A stretch of DNA of 64,000 nucleotides, taken from assembly GCF_036321535.1 (NCBI RefSeq), contig NC_087436.1, positions 71,798,001 through 71,862,000 of the forward strand, in the 5' to 3' direction. The position numbers and the translations under genes are program-made. Positions 38,810 through 50,999 of the stretch are shown here, piece by piece. The notes beneath the pieces are model-generated. The model did no database searches. It was given only the letters and a program-made list of their open reading frames with translations, and was not told the origin of the DNA. This DNA comes from Camelus dromedarius. Taxonomy: Eukaryota. Numbering within the stretch: position 1 is the stretch's first letter; each line of letters opens with the position of its first letter.

Positions 38810-41305
38810 GATAAATTTAACAAAACATTTGCAAGAACTGAACAGTGAAAACTACACAGAAGTTCTGAGATACACTAAAGAAAATGTAAATAAATGGTCA
38901 TCAGGTGGACCAACATTACATCAGCTATACAAAACACATTTCTAATTCTGATACAGCCAAGAAGCCACAAGCTTGCAACCGCTATTCTAGATATTCTAAA
39001 TTTTTCTTGAAACAAACCAGACCACCAGAAAACTGAGTATTCAGACTACAGTACTATTTTTTTTAACCCAACTGAATTTTATCAAGTAAACCGTTGGCTT
39101 ATGTTCTATAGAAATAGTATGAAGCTTGTTTACTTTTGGAATGCTGAAGAAATTATTTACTATAACAAGCAGTACCTCCAATATAGGGGCCCAAAGAGAA
39201 ATTTCTTCTAAGACCTAAACTGCACAAAATATATCAGTTCTCCAGATCATCCAGTATGCTTATGGAGCTCATGAATAACACAAACCACAAAACTCATCAA
39301 GTCTCCAATTTGGCTCTGGTTGCTAGCTAATTCAATCTTAACCTAGCAATTACATATTGTATATGCACTTCTGAATACTACTTTTACCTCTGGTCTTAAT
39401 TTACTAATTTTGCCATTTGTATTTTTACTTTTCAGAATATACACTTTCATAAGTTACTTCAAATTCTTTTGTGGGATGAAATATCTCTTACATAAATACA
39501 TAAGTACTTTCTTAAAATTTAAAGAGCACCAAGATATCCACATTAAAGAATTTAACATTTAATCAAGAACATTATAGAAACTGCATAATATTTTAAATAC
39601 ACAGTCTTAAATTACTCTTTAAGAGCAGAAAAGGGTAGGAGATAGCCTGAAAGTCTAGAGAAAGAAAACCCTAGGGAAGGAGTATGATTTTGAATAAGGA
39701 ATAGATGAATGAATAGATGAGGAGGGTAGCAAGTAGACAATGTGAGCAGTAAAAGAGTATTCAAATACAATGTAAAGGCAAATAGTTCAGATTAAATGGT
39801 AAAAATAAAGTTGATGGGTAGAAGGATGTCAAATAATAGATAGTTCGGTACAAAACTGAACTTGGCTTTGGTTCTTAAATGTGAAATAACACAGTAAAAC
39901 AGGTTATAAAGCTTTAGAAATACATGGGAGATACACACCACTTACTGAAGCCACTATCTTAACAGTTCTAGTTAAGGCTTTTACATCTAGAAGGGATCTT
40001 AGAGAAACTGTATGATACAAATTAACTTTAAAGAAACACAAGAATAAAAAAATACTTATTTCAAATAACATATGAAGATTATAAGTCTTAAAATTTCAAC
40101 TTACTGATCACTTGGGTTGATCTGAGTAATATGACTGACTTTTAGTTCATCTTCCTCATTTCCTGTCTATACCTAACCAAAAATAAGAGTTCAAAGAACT
40201 TCTCAAGGGAAAAAGACAAGAAGGTAATTCTTTAATTATACAAATGTAACTCAAATTAAAGTGAAAACCAAGTATTTAATGTGTTCAAAATACAATGCTA
40301 AGTCACTGAAGACACCAAGAATAAAACTATTCACAGAAAATCATATAATAACACTATAAGCTCAGGACAATAAAAAGAAAGCCCATTAAATATAATCTAC
40401 GAGTATGTAAAAATTAATGTCAACATAGTTCAGCATTCTCTTACCTATCATTCTGAAAAAGATATATTCTTTGTAATTCATAAAATATTTACAAAATGAT
40501 GATCACCAGCCAAGATTTTTTTAAATGACATATATAGGACTTAATTTTAATATTTTGGTTCTTTAAATAAATAGTTTTACAGCAGAGAGCAACTTTCTAT
40601 CCACTATTATCTCCATTTACTTTATTTCATTGATAAAACTAAGAAAATCAGGAAAAAGACACTGACAAAGACATTTTGAGAAAATAACAAAATATTGTAC
40701 AAGTGTGACAAAATATTAAAAAGGAAAACTTTCCAATATCTGTGAACACTTAAACACCAGCACATGTTTTTGGAAAACCTTATACAGTATTTCCTTATGA
40801 AATAGTAAGAATTTAGAAACTGTATTTCTCAAACTTGCTTAAACAGTTCATACAAATACATGTTGATATTTTTATGATGACAGAGCATAAATTACAAATG
40901 TAGAACATGTGACAAGGACTAGGGAAATGGCAACAAGACAAATTCAAGGTTAGAACCAGTTAAGGATAAACACTAGTTAGACAAATGAGATGGCCAACAA
41001 ATGAGATCTGTGTGAAAACAAGGAATTAGGTTGGTCACAATATCCAAACATCAAGTAGAGGATCAGAATCTAGACAATCTGTAGCAGGAATAAGAAATCA
41101 AAATAAAGTGGGCAACAGGCATCAAAATTCAGAGAAAGAAATTAAATAAAAGGACAGAGACTAAAGAAGGAACCAGACAACAGAAAACACCAATAAGCAG
41201 TATAATATTGGCTTAACACTGTTCCTCATCTCAACAGTCCCTTGGAATTTGGAGGCGAGGAGAAGAGCTATAGAATTTGAGAAGTGTAAAGACTGAGATG
41301 TGCAG

Positions 41306-42164
41306 CATGAAAAAATGCTCAATATCACTAATTATCAGAGAAATGCAAATCAAAACTACAGTGAAGTATCACCACACACCAGTCAGAATGGCCATCATTC
41401 AGAAGTCCACAAATGACAAATGCTGTAAAGTCTATGGAGAAAAGGGAATCCTCCTACACTGCTGGTGGGAATGCAGTTTGGTGCAGCCACTGTGGAAAAC
41501 AGTATGGAGATTCCTCATAAGACTAGGAATAAACTTACCGTATGACCCAGGAATCCCGCTCCTGGGCATATATTCAGGAGGAACCCTACTTCAAAATGAC
41601 ACCTGCACCCCAATGTTCATAGCAGCACTATTTAGAATAGTCAAGACATAGAAACAGCCTAAATATCCTTCAACAGATGACTGGATAAAGAAGATGTGGT
41701 ATATTTACACAATGGAATACTATTCAGCCATAAAAATGACAGCATAACGCCATTTGCAGCAACATGGATGCTCCTGGAGAATGTCATTCTAAGTGAAGTA
41801 AGCCAGAGAGAAAGAAAAATACCATATGAGATCGCTCATACGTGGAATCTAAAACAAACAAACAAAGCATGAATACAAAACAGAAATAGACTCATAAACA
41901 TAGAATACAAACTTGTGGTTGCCAAGGGGGCAGGGGGTGGGAAGGGGAAGACTGGGACTTCAAAATTGGAGAACAGATAAACAAGATTATACTGTATGGC
42001 ACAGGGAAATATACATACAAGATCTTACAGTAGCTCACAGAGGAAAAAATGTGACAATGAATAGATATATGTTCACGTGTAACTGAAAAACTGTGTTCTA
42101 CACTGGAATTTGACACAACATTGTAAAATGATTATAAATCAGTAAAAATGTTAAAAAAAAAAAA
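41306..42164 (+). mobile_element. Young 5'-truncated lineage-specific L1 (ORF2 C-terminus, 3' UTR, poly-A)
   Basis: Peptide ...[22 protein letters not shown]... (L1 ORF2 Cys-rich domain); poly-A tail; perfect 18-bp TSD aaagactgagatgtgcag (41288-41305 / 42165-42182). Confidence 0.96.
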
Positions 42165-43069
42165 AAAGACTGAGATGTGCAGATGTTACTGGCATTTCTC
42201 TTTTCCCATGGGAACATGTGATTTCAATCTCAATTTCAAAATGAAATTGTGGCAAAATCATAGTACATGTTAATACAAGAGAAAAGTATAAAGTAGATTT
42301 TAAATGACTTAATTTGCTACTATGCAAAGGAATCTGAAACAGCTTAATCTTTGGATAACCAAAATATATATTATCTTAATCTTTTTTTTCATTTTCATAG
42401 ACAATACAAAACAGAACTAGTCTCAGAGAAAGAACTTCTCATGACTGAATGAAAACCAGCTAGCATCTCTGATAGGATAGAAAAGATGCCTAAAAGCCTT
42501 CAAATTAAAAAATTCAAATTCGACAAATACTTCATATATTTGTTTCTACTTGCTAAAATGAGTATTCAAGTAGTTATAATTTATAAACTCCTTTCCTAAT
42601 TATTCAGAATTATAACACAAGACATTTGATGGAATTTACAAACCCATTTAGGTTTTAAATTATTATCTTTATCAAAATCAAAAGTGTTACTTACATAATA
42701 TAATTCTACAAGCAAAACCACTTTCCAATTACTTCTAGCTTCTTTCACTCACTATTTCACCTGGGAGTACTCAGAATCCTTTTTCATAAGTTCTGAATGA
42801 CTGATCTAGGGCTTATATATATTTATATTTATACATTAAAAAAATATTTTTCCACAAAGTTTTTCCTACTTCTTAAACCTGCTATGTTGTAGTTGAAGGA
42901 CAGAGATACTTTAGAAGGAGTGACAAAAGAAATTAAAGAAATTGGGACCATGTGATAAATTAAGAAATTTGACAAAATGGTAAAAAGAAAACATATGGGT
43001 CAAATAGACTTAAGTCTCAATCTTAGTTTCACACTATTAGTGATTGTAAATTTGGGCAATATACTAAGC

Positions 43070-44240
43070 CAGTGGTTATTCAAGTGTGGTTCACAGGATT
43101 CATGGGAATCCTCAAGACTCTTTTGGAGGGTCTGTGAGGTCAAAATTATTTTTATAAATTTAAAATGTTATTTGCCTGTTTTACTGTGTTGACATCTGCC
43201 CTGATGATATAAAAGTTTGGCAGGTAAAACTATTGGCCCCTTAACACTAATCATAAACATAGCACAAATCATATTCTTCTCTACCATGCACTCATAATTA
43301 AACAGGGGAAAAACAGGTGAGTTTCCACTATGAAGTAGTAAAAAAGTACTAATTTAAAATTTTTCAACCTTATGTATATTACTTTTTAAAATTCTGTGTG
43401 ACAAAATGGGAAACATTTCTGCTGCAGTCAGTAATGTAGTTGTCTCAAGAAAAACACTTGTGTAAATGTGAGTTAGCTAACAGTTTTTGAATGGAACACA
43501 GATATCATTTTCAAAGAAAACAACTCACTTTCTTTGTCATCAGTGATAAATTCAAGCTTTGAAGTATAAATTAGAATTCTGGAACTTCTATCTGGCACTA
43601 AATATGACAGCTTTCCAGGTTTTTACTTTTCTAAGGAGATCAACAGTGATATTAGCAAATACTATTTTTTGACATCGTAGAATAAAATGTAGCAATATTT
43701 GTAAGTCAGTAAATCAGTATTTTCCAATTGACCAATGTATGAGGCTACAAAATCCCACACAAGTAAAAGATCTATTCAAAATGCACAATAAACCAGTGGG
43801 TTTTAAATGAACAAAGTTTAGAAAATTCATTTATAATGTTTCAGATTCCACACTGCAACTAACCTCCAGGAAACTACCATTTGAGTAGTTTTAGGAGTGG
43901 TATCAATCAAGAATATCAACAATTATTAGAAAGTGTTATTAAAATATTCTTCCCCTTTTTTAACCCTCATATAAATATGATTACATTTTCTTCTTAGACT
44001 TCCTCGAAAATAATGTATTATAACAGAATATAAAAGCAAATACGTGAATCTAGTTATCTTCCATTAAGCCACACTTCAAAGATATCCGTAAAATATGTAG
44101 AACAATGCTACTTAGTTTTTTTTTCCTTCTGGAAAAGTTATTTTTTTAAATAAAATTATAAAACATATAATGGTACAATTCCTCCATGTAATAACTTAAA
44201 TTTTTAATAAATTGTAACTAACATATTCAATTTCTATTGC
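43070..44240. mobile_element. Charlie1-family hAT transposon fossil, opposite orientation to the 9.4-10.7 kb copy, right end truncated
   Basis: Starts cagtggttattcaagtgtggtt; internal motifs are reverse complements of the first copy (tgtgtgacaaaatgggaa, tcaagctttgaagtataaattagaatt). Confidence 0.8.
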
Positions 44241-44310
44241 CGCCATAAAATTATGTGGGCATCCTATGTACAACATATATGTATATTTGCAAATATAGAC
44301 AGTTAGTTAG

Positions 44311-44732
44311 AAGTGTGGTTCCATCCAAGACCAATATTAATGGCCAATATTAATCTACCCACTTATGGAACCAAAAGTTATCTCACAGACATTTATGAAC
44401 ACCTGAAAGGCCTTTGTCTTGGCAAATTTGGAGGCCATATACTAAGCCAAACCAGTGGTTAAGCAGGACTTTGACACTCAGCAACTTTGTAGTGATCAAG
44501 TCACTTCATACCAGAACGAGTTCTTCAGTCAAGGCCCCTAATAATTCAGAACCAGCAGAGTGCCAATGTTGCTACAAGCATATGGAGGTAATACACGATG
44601 TAGACCTTTCCTAATGCATCCTCCACAGCATGTTCCACATTAACCAGTAGACTATGTTGGATTAATGTGGGACTAGTGTCATTTGGACACTCTGCCTTTA
44701 CTCTCATGTGACAGTAATAGATTGTTTCACAT
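44311..44732 (-). ncRNA. Candidate structured intronic RNA with an H/ACA-like 3' end (unverified)
   Basis: Series of hairpins folded by eye; AGATAA H box (44378-44383), long hairpin (44317-44372), ACA at 44314-44316. Confidence 0.35.
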
Positions 44733-47700
44733 ACTTCTATTTCTTTTTGCAAGCTGTTTGGAGCCTTCATACTCCACTAAAATATCATTCTTCTTTACAG
44801 GGATTATTGATTAACCTAAGTGTGCCTTTTAGTTGTTTTTTAATACTCCCCTACACATTCTCCAAAAGTGGGTGTGTGAAAGCAATGTTCCAACTTCTGC
44901 CCCTCCCTTCAAGATAGACTTGACTTTCAAATTAAGAGTATTCATAATGCATAATACAGCAGGAACACAAATGAAGAGTATATGTAAGCATATATGAGTG
45001 TGTTGTATGAACATACACATATACACTATGTATAAAAATATACTGATTTAACTGGTAATAGACTTATCTTTATGGATAAAAAAAAAATGGAAGCCAGGGA
45101 AATTTCTCGACATTCTGATACTCAGAAATATGCATAACAATTAAATAGATAAGCATAAAAAGATAATCTAAAGGAGCTTAAAGAAAACTACTTGCTTATT
45201 AAAAATTCAGAACACTGAAAACATGGGTTTCAAAGTATTCAGATGAACAAATGAAGTAAAATACTAATATTCAAATACATATCCGTACACATCCTGAATT
45301 CAAGAATGTTTAAATACCAATGACACACATTCTACCCTCTAAATTTTTACTTTTGTGAAGCAAAGTTAGCTGGACTAATCTCATTGAATTTCAAATGCCT
45401 AGCACATTGAAGGTGCTCAATAAATACTGGAGTGAAATTATAAGATTCAGTTTGCCCAACATGTCTAATCTTTTTAAAACCTCTTAGTGAACGGAAAATG
45501 CTACTTTTATCAATTCGAATAATTTACATATTTAGCTAAATTTTTCTGTCTCTAGATCAACTTATACTTATGTCCTAAGAGTAACTCCTCCAATTCTTGC
45601 TAGTGAAAAAATGTCACCAGTGTTATACTAACTATATAGATATAGAACTTTACAAATAAATCCATGGAAGACTTAACCGATATAATATATAAATGATGTG
45701 CATTGCATAAGCCAATATACCTTACAGAATAAAAAGAAATACAGCAAATAACTGTTGAAAGAATCTACTTCATGGAGATTTTATATCATCACTAAAAATA
45801 ATTTTTATGATAAATAGCAAGTGGATTTCTTCTGTTTGAATGAAAACGCATTATTTACCACTAGCCCACTAGCCAAAATTAAAAGGAAACACTATCTCTA
45901 TTATTCTTTTAAGCTTATTTTATTAAAAACTTTCTAACGTTAAGATAAATACAGAGCAAGAAATGATTCCATAGTAAACCTACTTAATAAGTCTAAACCT
46001 GACCCTTTAAAGTTACACCCTAAAGGGTTCAGCCAAATCTTCAACTCACTGTATCTCTAAGGAACAACCATAAAGATTTGGAGCTTTTAGCTTATATATT
46101 ACAACCTGCAAAATCAACTACACATAAAGCTAGAAACCCTGGCTCTAGATAACAAAGGAACAAGATTAGGCATGAGAGTTATTATACTTAATATTAAAAA
46201 TATTTTTATTTTCAAAATAATTGCTACTCTTCTAAAGCAAAAATGTATCAAATGCTATATGCGAAGAAAGAATGTTTAATTTAATTAAAATTAAAAGACA
46301 GAAGTATTTGAGAAGTATTTGTAAAATTTCTCATTTCTAAAGCAATCCTTACAGAAAACAACTAAAACTAGTTCAAGCAGAAATAATAAAACTAGAATAT
46401 ACAATAATTAAGTTTCTGAAACAGCTTCTCATATGTTTCATATTTTCATATAAAAAATATATAAACAGCACTAGGTTGCACAAATTTGGAATATACAAAA
46501 AAAAGTTTGGAGGACTTTTTCTTCTTTTTGAGCTTTCTAAGTACTAAGATCCATTATTACATATAACTTAGAGGAAGAACATCAAAATTCTAAAATTACA
46601 ATTATGTCTCAGCAAAAATAACATAAGCAATACAAAAAAAGAGAGATATTCATATAGGCTCCTAGGCCTTTTCTATCATCTGTATTTGACCATTTTCTTG
46701 AGCATTAGTTAAGGTGGGCAAAAGGACAAGAAACATTTTGACTACTTTGGTTTGGAGAAGATTTTACTGACTGGATTATCCAGATAATTAAAATAACCAA
46801 GTTATTCTATTAAGTCCATTACCATTACTGGATAACTGAGAAGCAATCATATAAATTGGTATCAGTCTTTTCGTTTTATTATAAGTTTAAGTAACTTACA
46901 ATATTTTAATTAAGATGTTGGTTATCATCTAAAAATTTAGGTTAAATACACACAGGTATATATCATAAACAGTCACCAATTAAAAGGCAAATGACAGCAT
47001 TATTAGAATTGAGCTGCACTAATTCACTGATGATACTGATTTTAATTTTCTTTTTATTAAGATTTAAATAAAAGTACCTTTAAAAAATGTATCGTTCAAA
47101 AAACCAAGTTAAATTCAAAGGCAGAAAAAACAGAAAGAATCCAATGTTTAATGTAAATAAACAAATTCACATAAAACTCCAGATATTCAATAAATAAAAT
47201 CATAAAGATGAATATTATGGTGACAAACTTCAAATAGCTCAATATTAGACACAGTAATAAAACTGTCACTGTGGTATATAGATGAATTTCATTATTCATT
47301 ACTGGACATTTATACAAGGAGCTAACTCATTAAAATTTTTTTCTAGAAAGCTCAATGTATAATATGTATCTATTCACTTGCAATATGAGGTACTTTAGAA
47401 AACAGTACATTTAGCTTCAGAGTTAGCGAGTTTATCCTCTTTAAACTGTTATTGTTAGCACCTGGTCATTGTGAGTACTTTTAATTTTGGAAAAGAAGTA
47501 TATTTTATTACCACCTGGAAAATTTTCACTTCTAGTCTGCCAATAACTGACAAATACTCAGTTAAATCAAATAATACTAATAAAGAGAAAATTACTCACT
47601 TAGTATGGTTTAATGTGACAGGTATATAGGAACCAAATTGAATATCAGGATGAACAATTAAAATTACAGAGGTACAATAACCTTAGTAACTAACTAGTAA

Positions 47701-49403
47701 CTATGAACAAACTAGGTAATACAAAATCTTAACATGATATTAAACAAGTTTAACATTTTAGTGGAAATAATGAAAAGCCAAATTTTAAGATAGCATTAGA
47801 AAAACCTATACTTAAGGCACAAAACTATGTACAAGTGGGTTCTCCCCAGAAAATAAATAAGACTTCTAAAATCTGTTATATGCTGAAATTTTAAGTGACC
47901 AAAGAAAATGTCAAATAAATTTACTTAAATCTATAACGCACACTTCTTTTAAAATCTAAAGCAAAATTTTTAAAAAGCAAACAAAAATGTCCCACTACAA
48001 CTTTATAGACTCGTTTAATCTGAATCACTAAATAGTCATGTGACTACTCCTAATTAATGAAGTTCTTTGATTAAAGTATGTATCACTATTTCTAAGTAGA
48101 TAATTCACCATACCATTTCTAAGGAAACTCACTAATAATATCAAAATTTAACAAAAAAGAGGAAAAGAATGGAAATTAACCACAGAATTCTACTCAGACA
48201 ATAAGATCTTAAGAGAGAAGAAAAGAGTATGTTGGCAGGTGTCTGCAAGGAGCTAGATAATACAATGGAATCAGTTTTCATTCTGCAGAACAACCATGAG
48301 ACTTGCTGCAATGTCAGCTCCAAGCACACACTGAGGGACTCCAGAAAATGCTCATTGATCATGCAGCAATTTATAATGCGCATAGGCTTTTTTCTTCTGT
48401 TAACCCCGCCTAGCTTTCCTTTGCAGCTTATTCTCTCAAGCCCTCTCTTCCCCTAATAAAATCTCTTCCTGAAGGTAGTAAAATATTTAATAAGTTATCT
48501 TAACAGTCTAAGTATTAGAAATACCACTCACCATAATGAAACCATCATGAAAATTAGCCAGTTTTTTCCTTAATGAGGGGGAAAAACACTACAACCCCAA
48601 AGATAAGAAAATAGGATTTAAAAATCTATACCTATAAATACAAACGTCTGATGGTATACTACATCCAAGGCCAAAACCAATTATAGTTCCACTTTGACAT
48701 GTATTTCCTTGAACTGATTTATACTCAAATAGGTTCTATAAAACTAACACAAACAGGAAAAAAAGAAAATACAATTTAAAATTCTCATGACTCAAAATGT
48801 AGATTTTTGTGAGTCTCAAGCATTAGTGCCTTAAATTTTAGTCTTTTAATCTTTAATTTAATAATGTATTTTGTAATAAAGTCACACAAAAAACCTAGAA
48901 TCAGAATGTACCAGCTAAATTAAGCAATTAGACTGATATATATGCTTAATTTTACCCGAGAAACTAAAATAACAAGCTGTTTTTAACAGTTAACTGCAAG
49001 CAGAGTTTCGGGCTTAGATATGTAAATGAATTCTAAGACACAAGATACTAAACATACTCAAAGCTGCTTTGCAGACCCCACCTTCTAATGAGTTAATCTA
49101 AAGGTCAACACTAGCACAAGGCTTTTTATTAAGTCCGAGGCCCCCTTTCTTTATTTCCTATCAAACATATATCTACAATTTACAAAACATGAAGTTTAAA
49201 CAAAATAATTCTAGACTTGTTCAGTAATCATGTGAAACAGACTGGCACATTCTCACACGGAATAAGGTCTGACCGTATCTTGCTTTTATGCTCTGCCTCT
49301 CTATGCTCTCTCCTCTAATCTATTCATCTGTAAAATAATTCCGACAGATAAGATTCCTTTGTTCAGATTTCAACTTTCATTTCATTTACAAACCTAGCCC
49401 TAC

Positions 49404-49457
49404 CTCAAGAATGTCTTCTAGAACATATGCTTCCATTTCAGCCGCTGTCTCCACCAT
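49404..49457 (-). CDS. ANKRD17: ANKRD17 alternative first coding exon (18 aa, MVETAAEMEAYVLEDILE), phase 0 into exon 2
   Basis: Minus strand reads aaacATGG (A at -3, G at +4), 18 open codons, then a GAG|GTAGGG donor. Phase 0 fits exon 2, which starts at GTG. The peptide matches my recollection of the alternative N-terminus of human ANKRD17. Too short for the ORF track. Confidence 0.85.
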
Positions 49458-49640
49458 GTTTTATCAAACTGCCATGTTTCTTACTGCACTATGATTAGAT
49501 CATTGCCAGCAGGAACACTCCTCTGTGTCAGCAAGGGAACAGGAAATGGAATGTTCTATTACATGCCTAAAGCAGCTTAGCTGTTCACTAGCCAGGCATC
49601 TACCAAAAGAGCAGGGGGGTGACTCACTGTGTATTTTTTA
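49458..49640 (-). promoter_or_regulatory. 5' UTR / CpG-poor internal promoter of the alternative first exon
   Basis: Non-repetitive sequence directly upstream of the alternative ATG, with AP-1 TGACTCA at 49620-49626, an ETS-like CAGGAAAT near 49540 and two minimal uORFs. The TSS cannot be placed from sequence alone. Confidence 0.5.
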
Positions 49641-50999
49641 AAGATACAGAAGCTCTATTCCAAAGCAAACTTCTGTCAAGTAATTTCAACAGACAAAAAA
49701 GATAAAGTCTCCTATTTTACCACTTCAAACTATAAAATCCTAAAATTTCAAAAAAAAATAATGATGTATTTTTTAAAAAGCTATTTAAACACGTCTGGCT
49801 CCCTGGTTGAACAAAAGAGGTTGAAGTGGGTTACGTAGCAATTTATCCTTAGTAAAGCCTTGTAGTGAGATTAATGGCTGTATTAAATACACAAAGAAGG
49901 AGGCAAGGTAATGCCAAATTAGGAATTTGTTGCCTCAGGCATATGCATTATATAATACATACATTACAGGTGTTGACTTGAGGATGTCAAAAATAATAAT
50001 TCAATGTAGTTGTTTTTAATAGTAAACTGGTTTTCTATAAACTAATCTGTTTGGAAATATCTAAGAGAATGACAATAACATTCATCAGACTTATAATCAC
50101 TGAAGCAAGCCATAACACACCACAGTTAAATTCATTTTCTAGGAATGCCTTTAACTTCATTTACTAATCAAAGAAATGGTCTTTTTTCCTCTTTATCATA
50201 AATACTATAAGAGACTGTAACATTTCAGGTGAATGAAATTCAGAAACATTGCTTCTGGATCATTAAATAGCAAATAAACTCATGACTGACAACACAGCCA
50301 ATTTTATATTTATTAGTGTAATTTATCCTTAGTTTAGTAAAATTTGTCACTTTGTCAAATTTCCTTATGTAATCTGGAATAGGAAAAAATGCAATGGGAA
50401 AGGAACAATGTTTTATGCTCTGCAGTATTAACAAAATAACCCTGTACTGGTAAGAGTGCCATACAAACTGAATTTGAAGTGATCCCCTAATGTGCAGATT
50501 ACCCAATCTAATTACAACTCTAGGGTGAACAGTTCTAGTCTAAATTTTCCTAACCTAACTAAAGAAAATGAATTTTTTTAAAGGAAAGGGAAAAGACAGG
50601 GAGAAATTAGAGGAGGGAGTTATTATTAACATATATGGTTAAATCTCAGATAAGTGACACTATGAATGGCCTTTTCAGTAATGTCTCCTCAAAGTGATGC
50701 CATGTTTTAGTAGAAAAAGATGATGTAACTCTCTTGGGCCTTAGGTTATATATCTGTAAAAAGGGATAACATTCATTCAACATGGATTATCTACTGTGTA
50801 TCAAAAACAGTCCTAGGTAGGTATGGTCAATAAGACACATAAAATTTCTTAACAGGCTCATATGAAGAGTAAATGAAATAAAGTATCTTTTACTCAGTTT
50901 CTGATATGTAGGAGACATCCTTACTGTGTCAGGCAATATGAGTTATTTTTAAAATAAACATGTTATTTAACCTTCACAATACCCTAGATGACAATTAAA

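Larger units (their letters stand above)
33900..38900 (+). mobile_element. Long degraded L1 (5' region, ORF1 and ORF2 remnants) with a nested SINE and LTR
   Basis: gcaatagaaattattcaaact, cagcagacctgcactata, aaaaggcagagattg, atatcagacaaagtaga, ggcttcaccggtaaattc, ctaagatcaggagcaaggcaa; no intact ORF. Confidence 0.85.

Noticed and set aside
41277..41651. 124-aa ORF as a host gene
   Set aside because: It is the C-terminal part of L1 ORF2 in a 5'-truncated insertion.
44324..44366. rRNA target for the putative H/ACA pocket
   Set aside because: Only a partial, non-contiguous resemblance to a recalled 28S segment; not enough to assign a target.
44546..44770. 74-aa minus-strand ORF and overlapping ORFs as a pseudogene or viral element
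   Set aside because: I recognise no protein family in the frames I translated, and there is no poly-A or clear TSD; a BLASTX search would be needed to exclude it fully.
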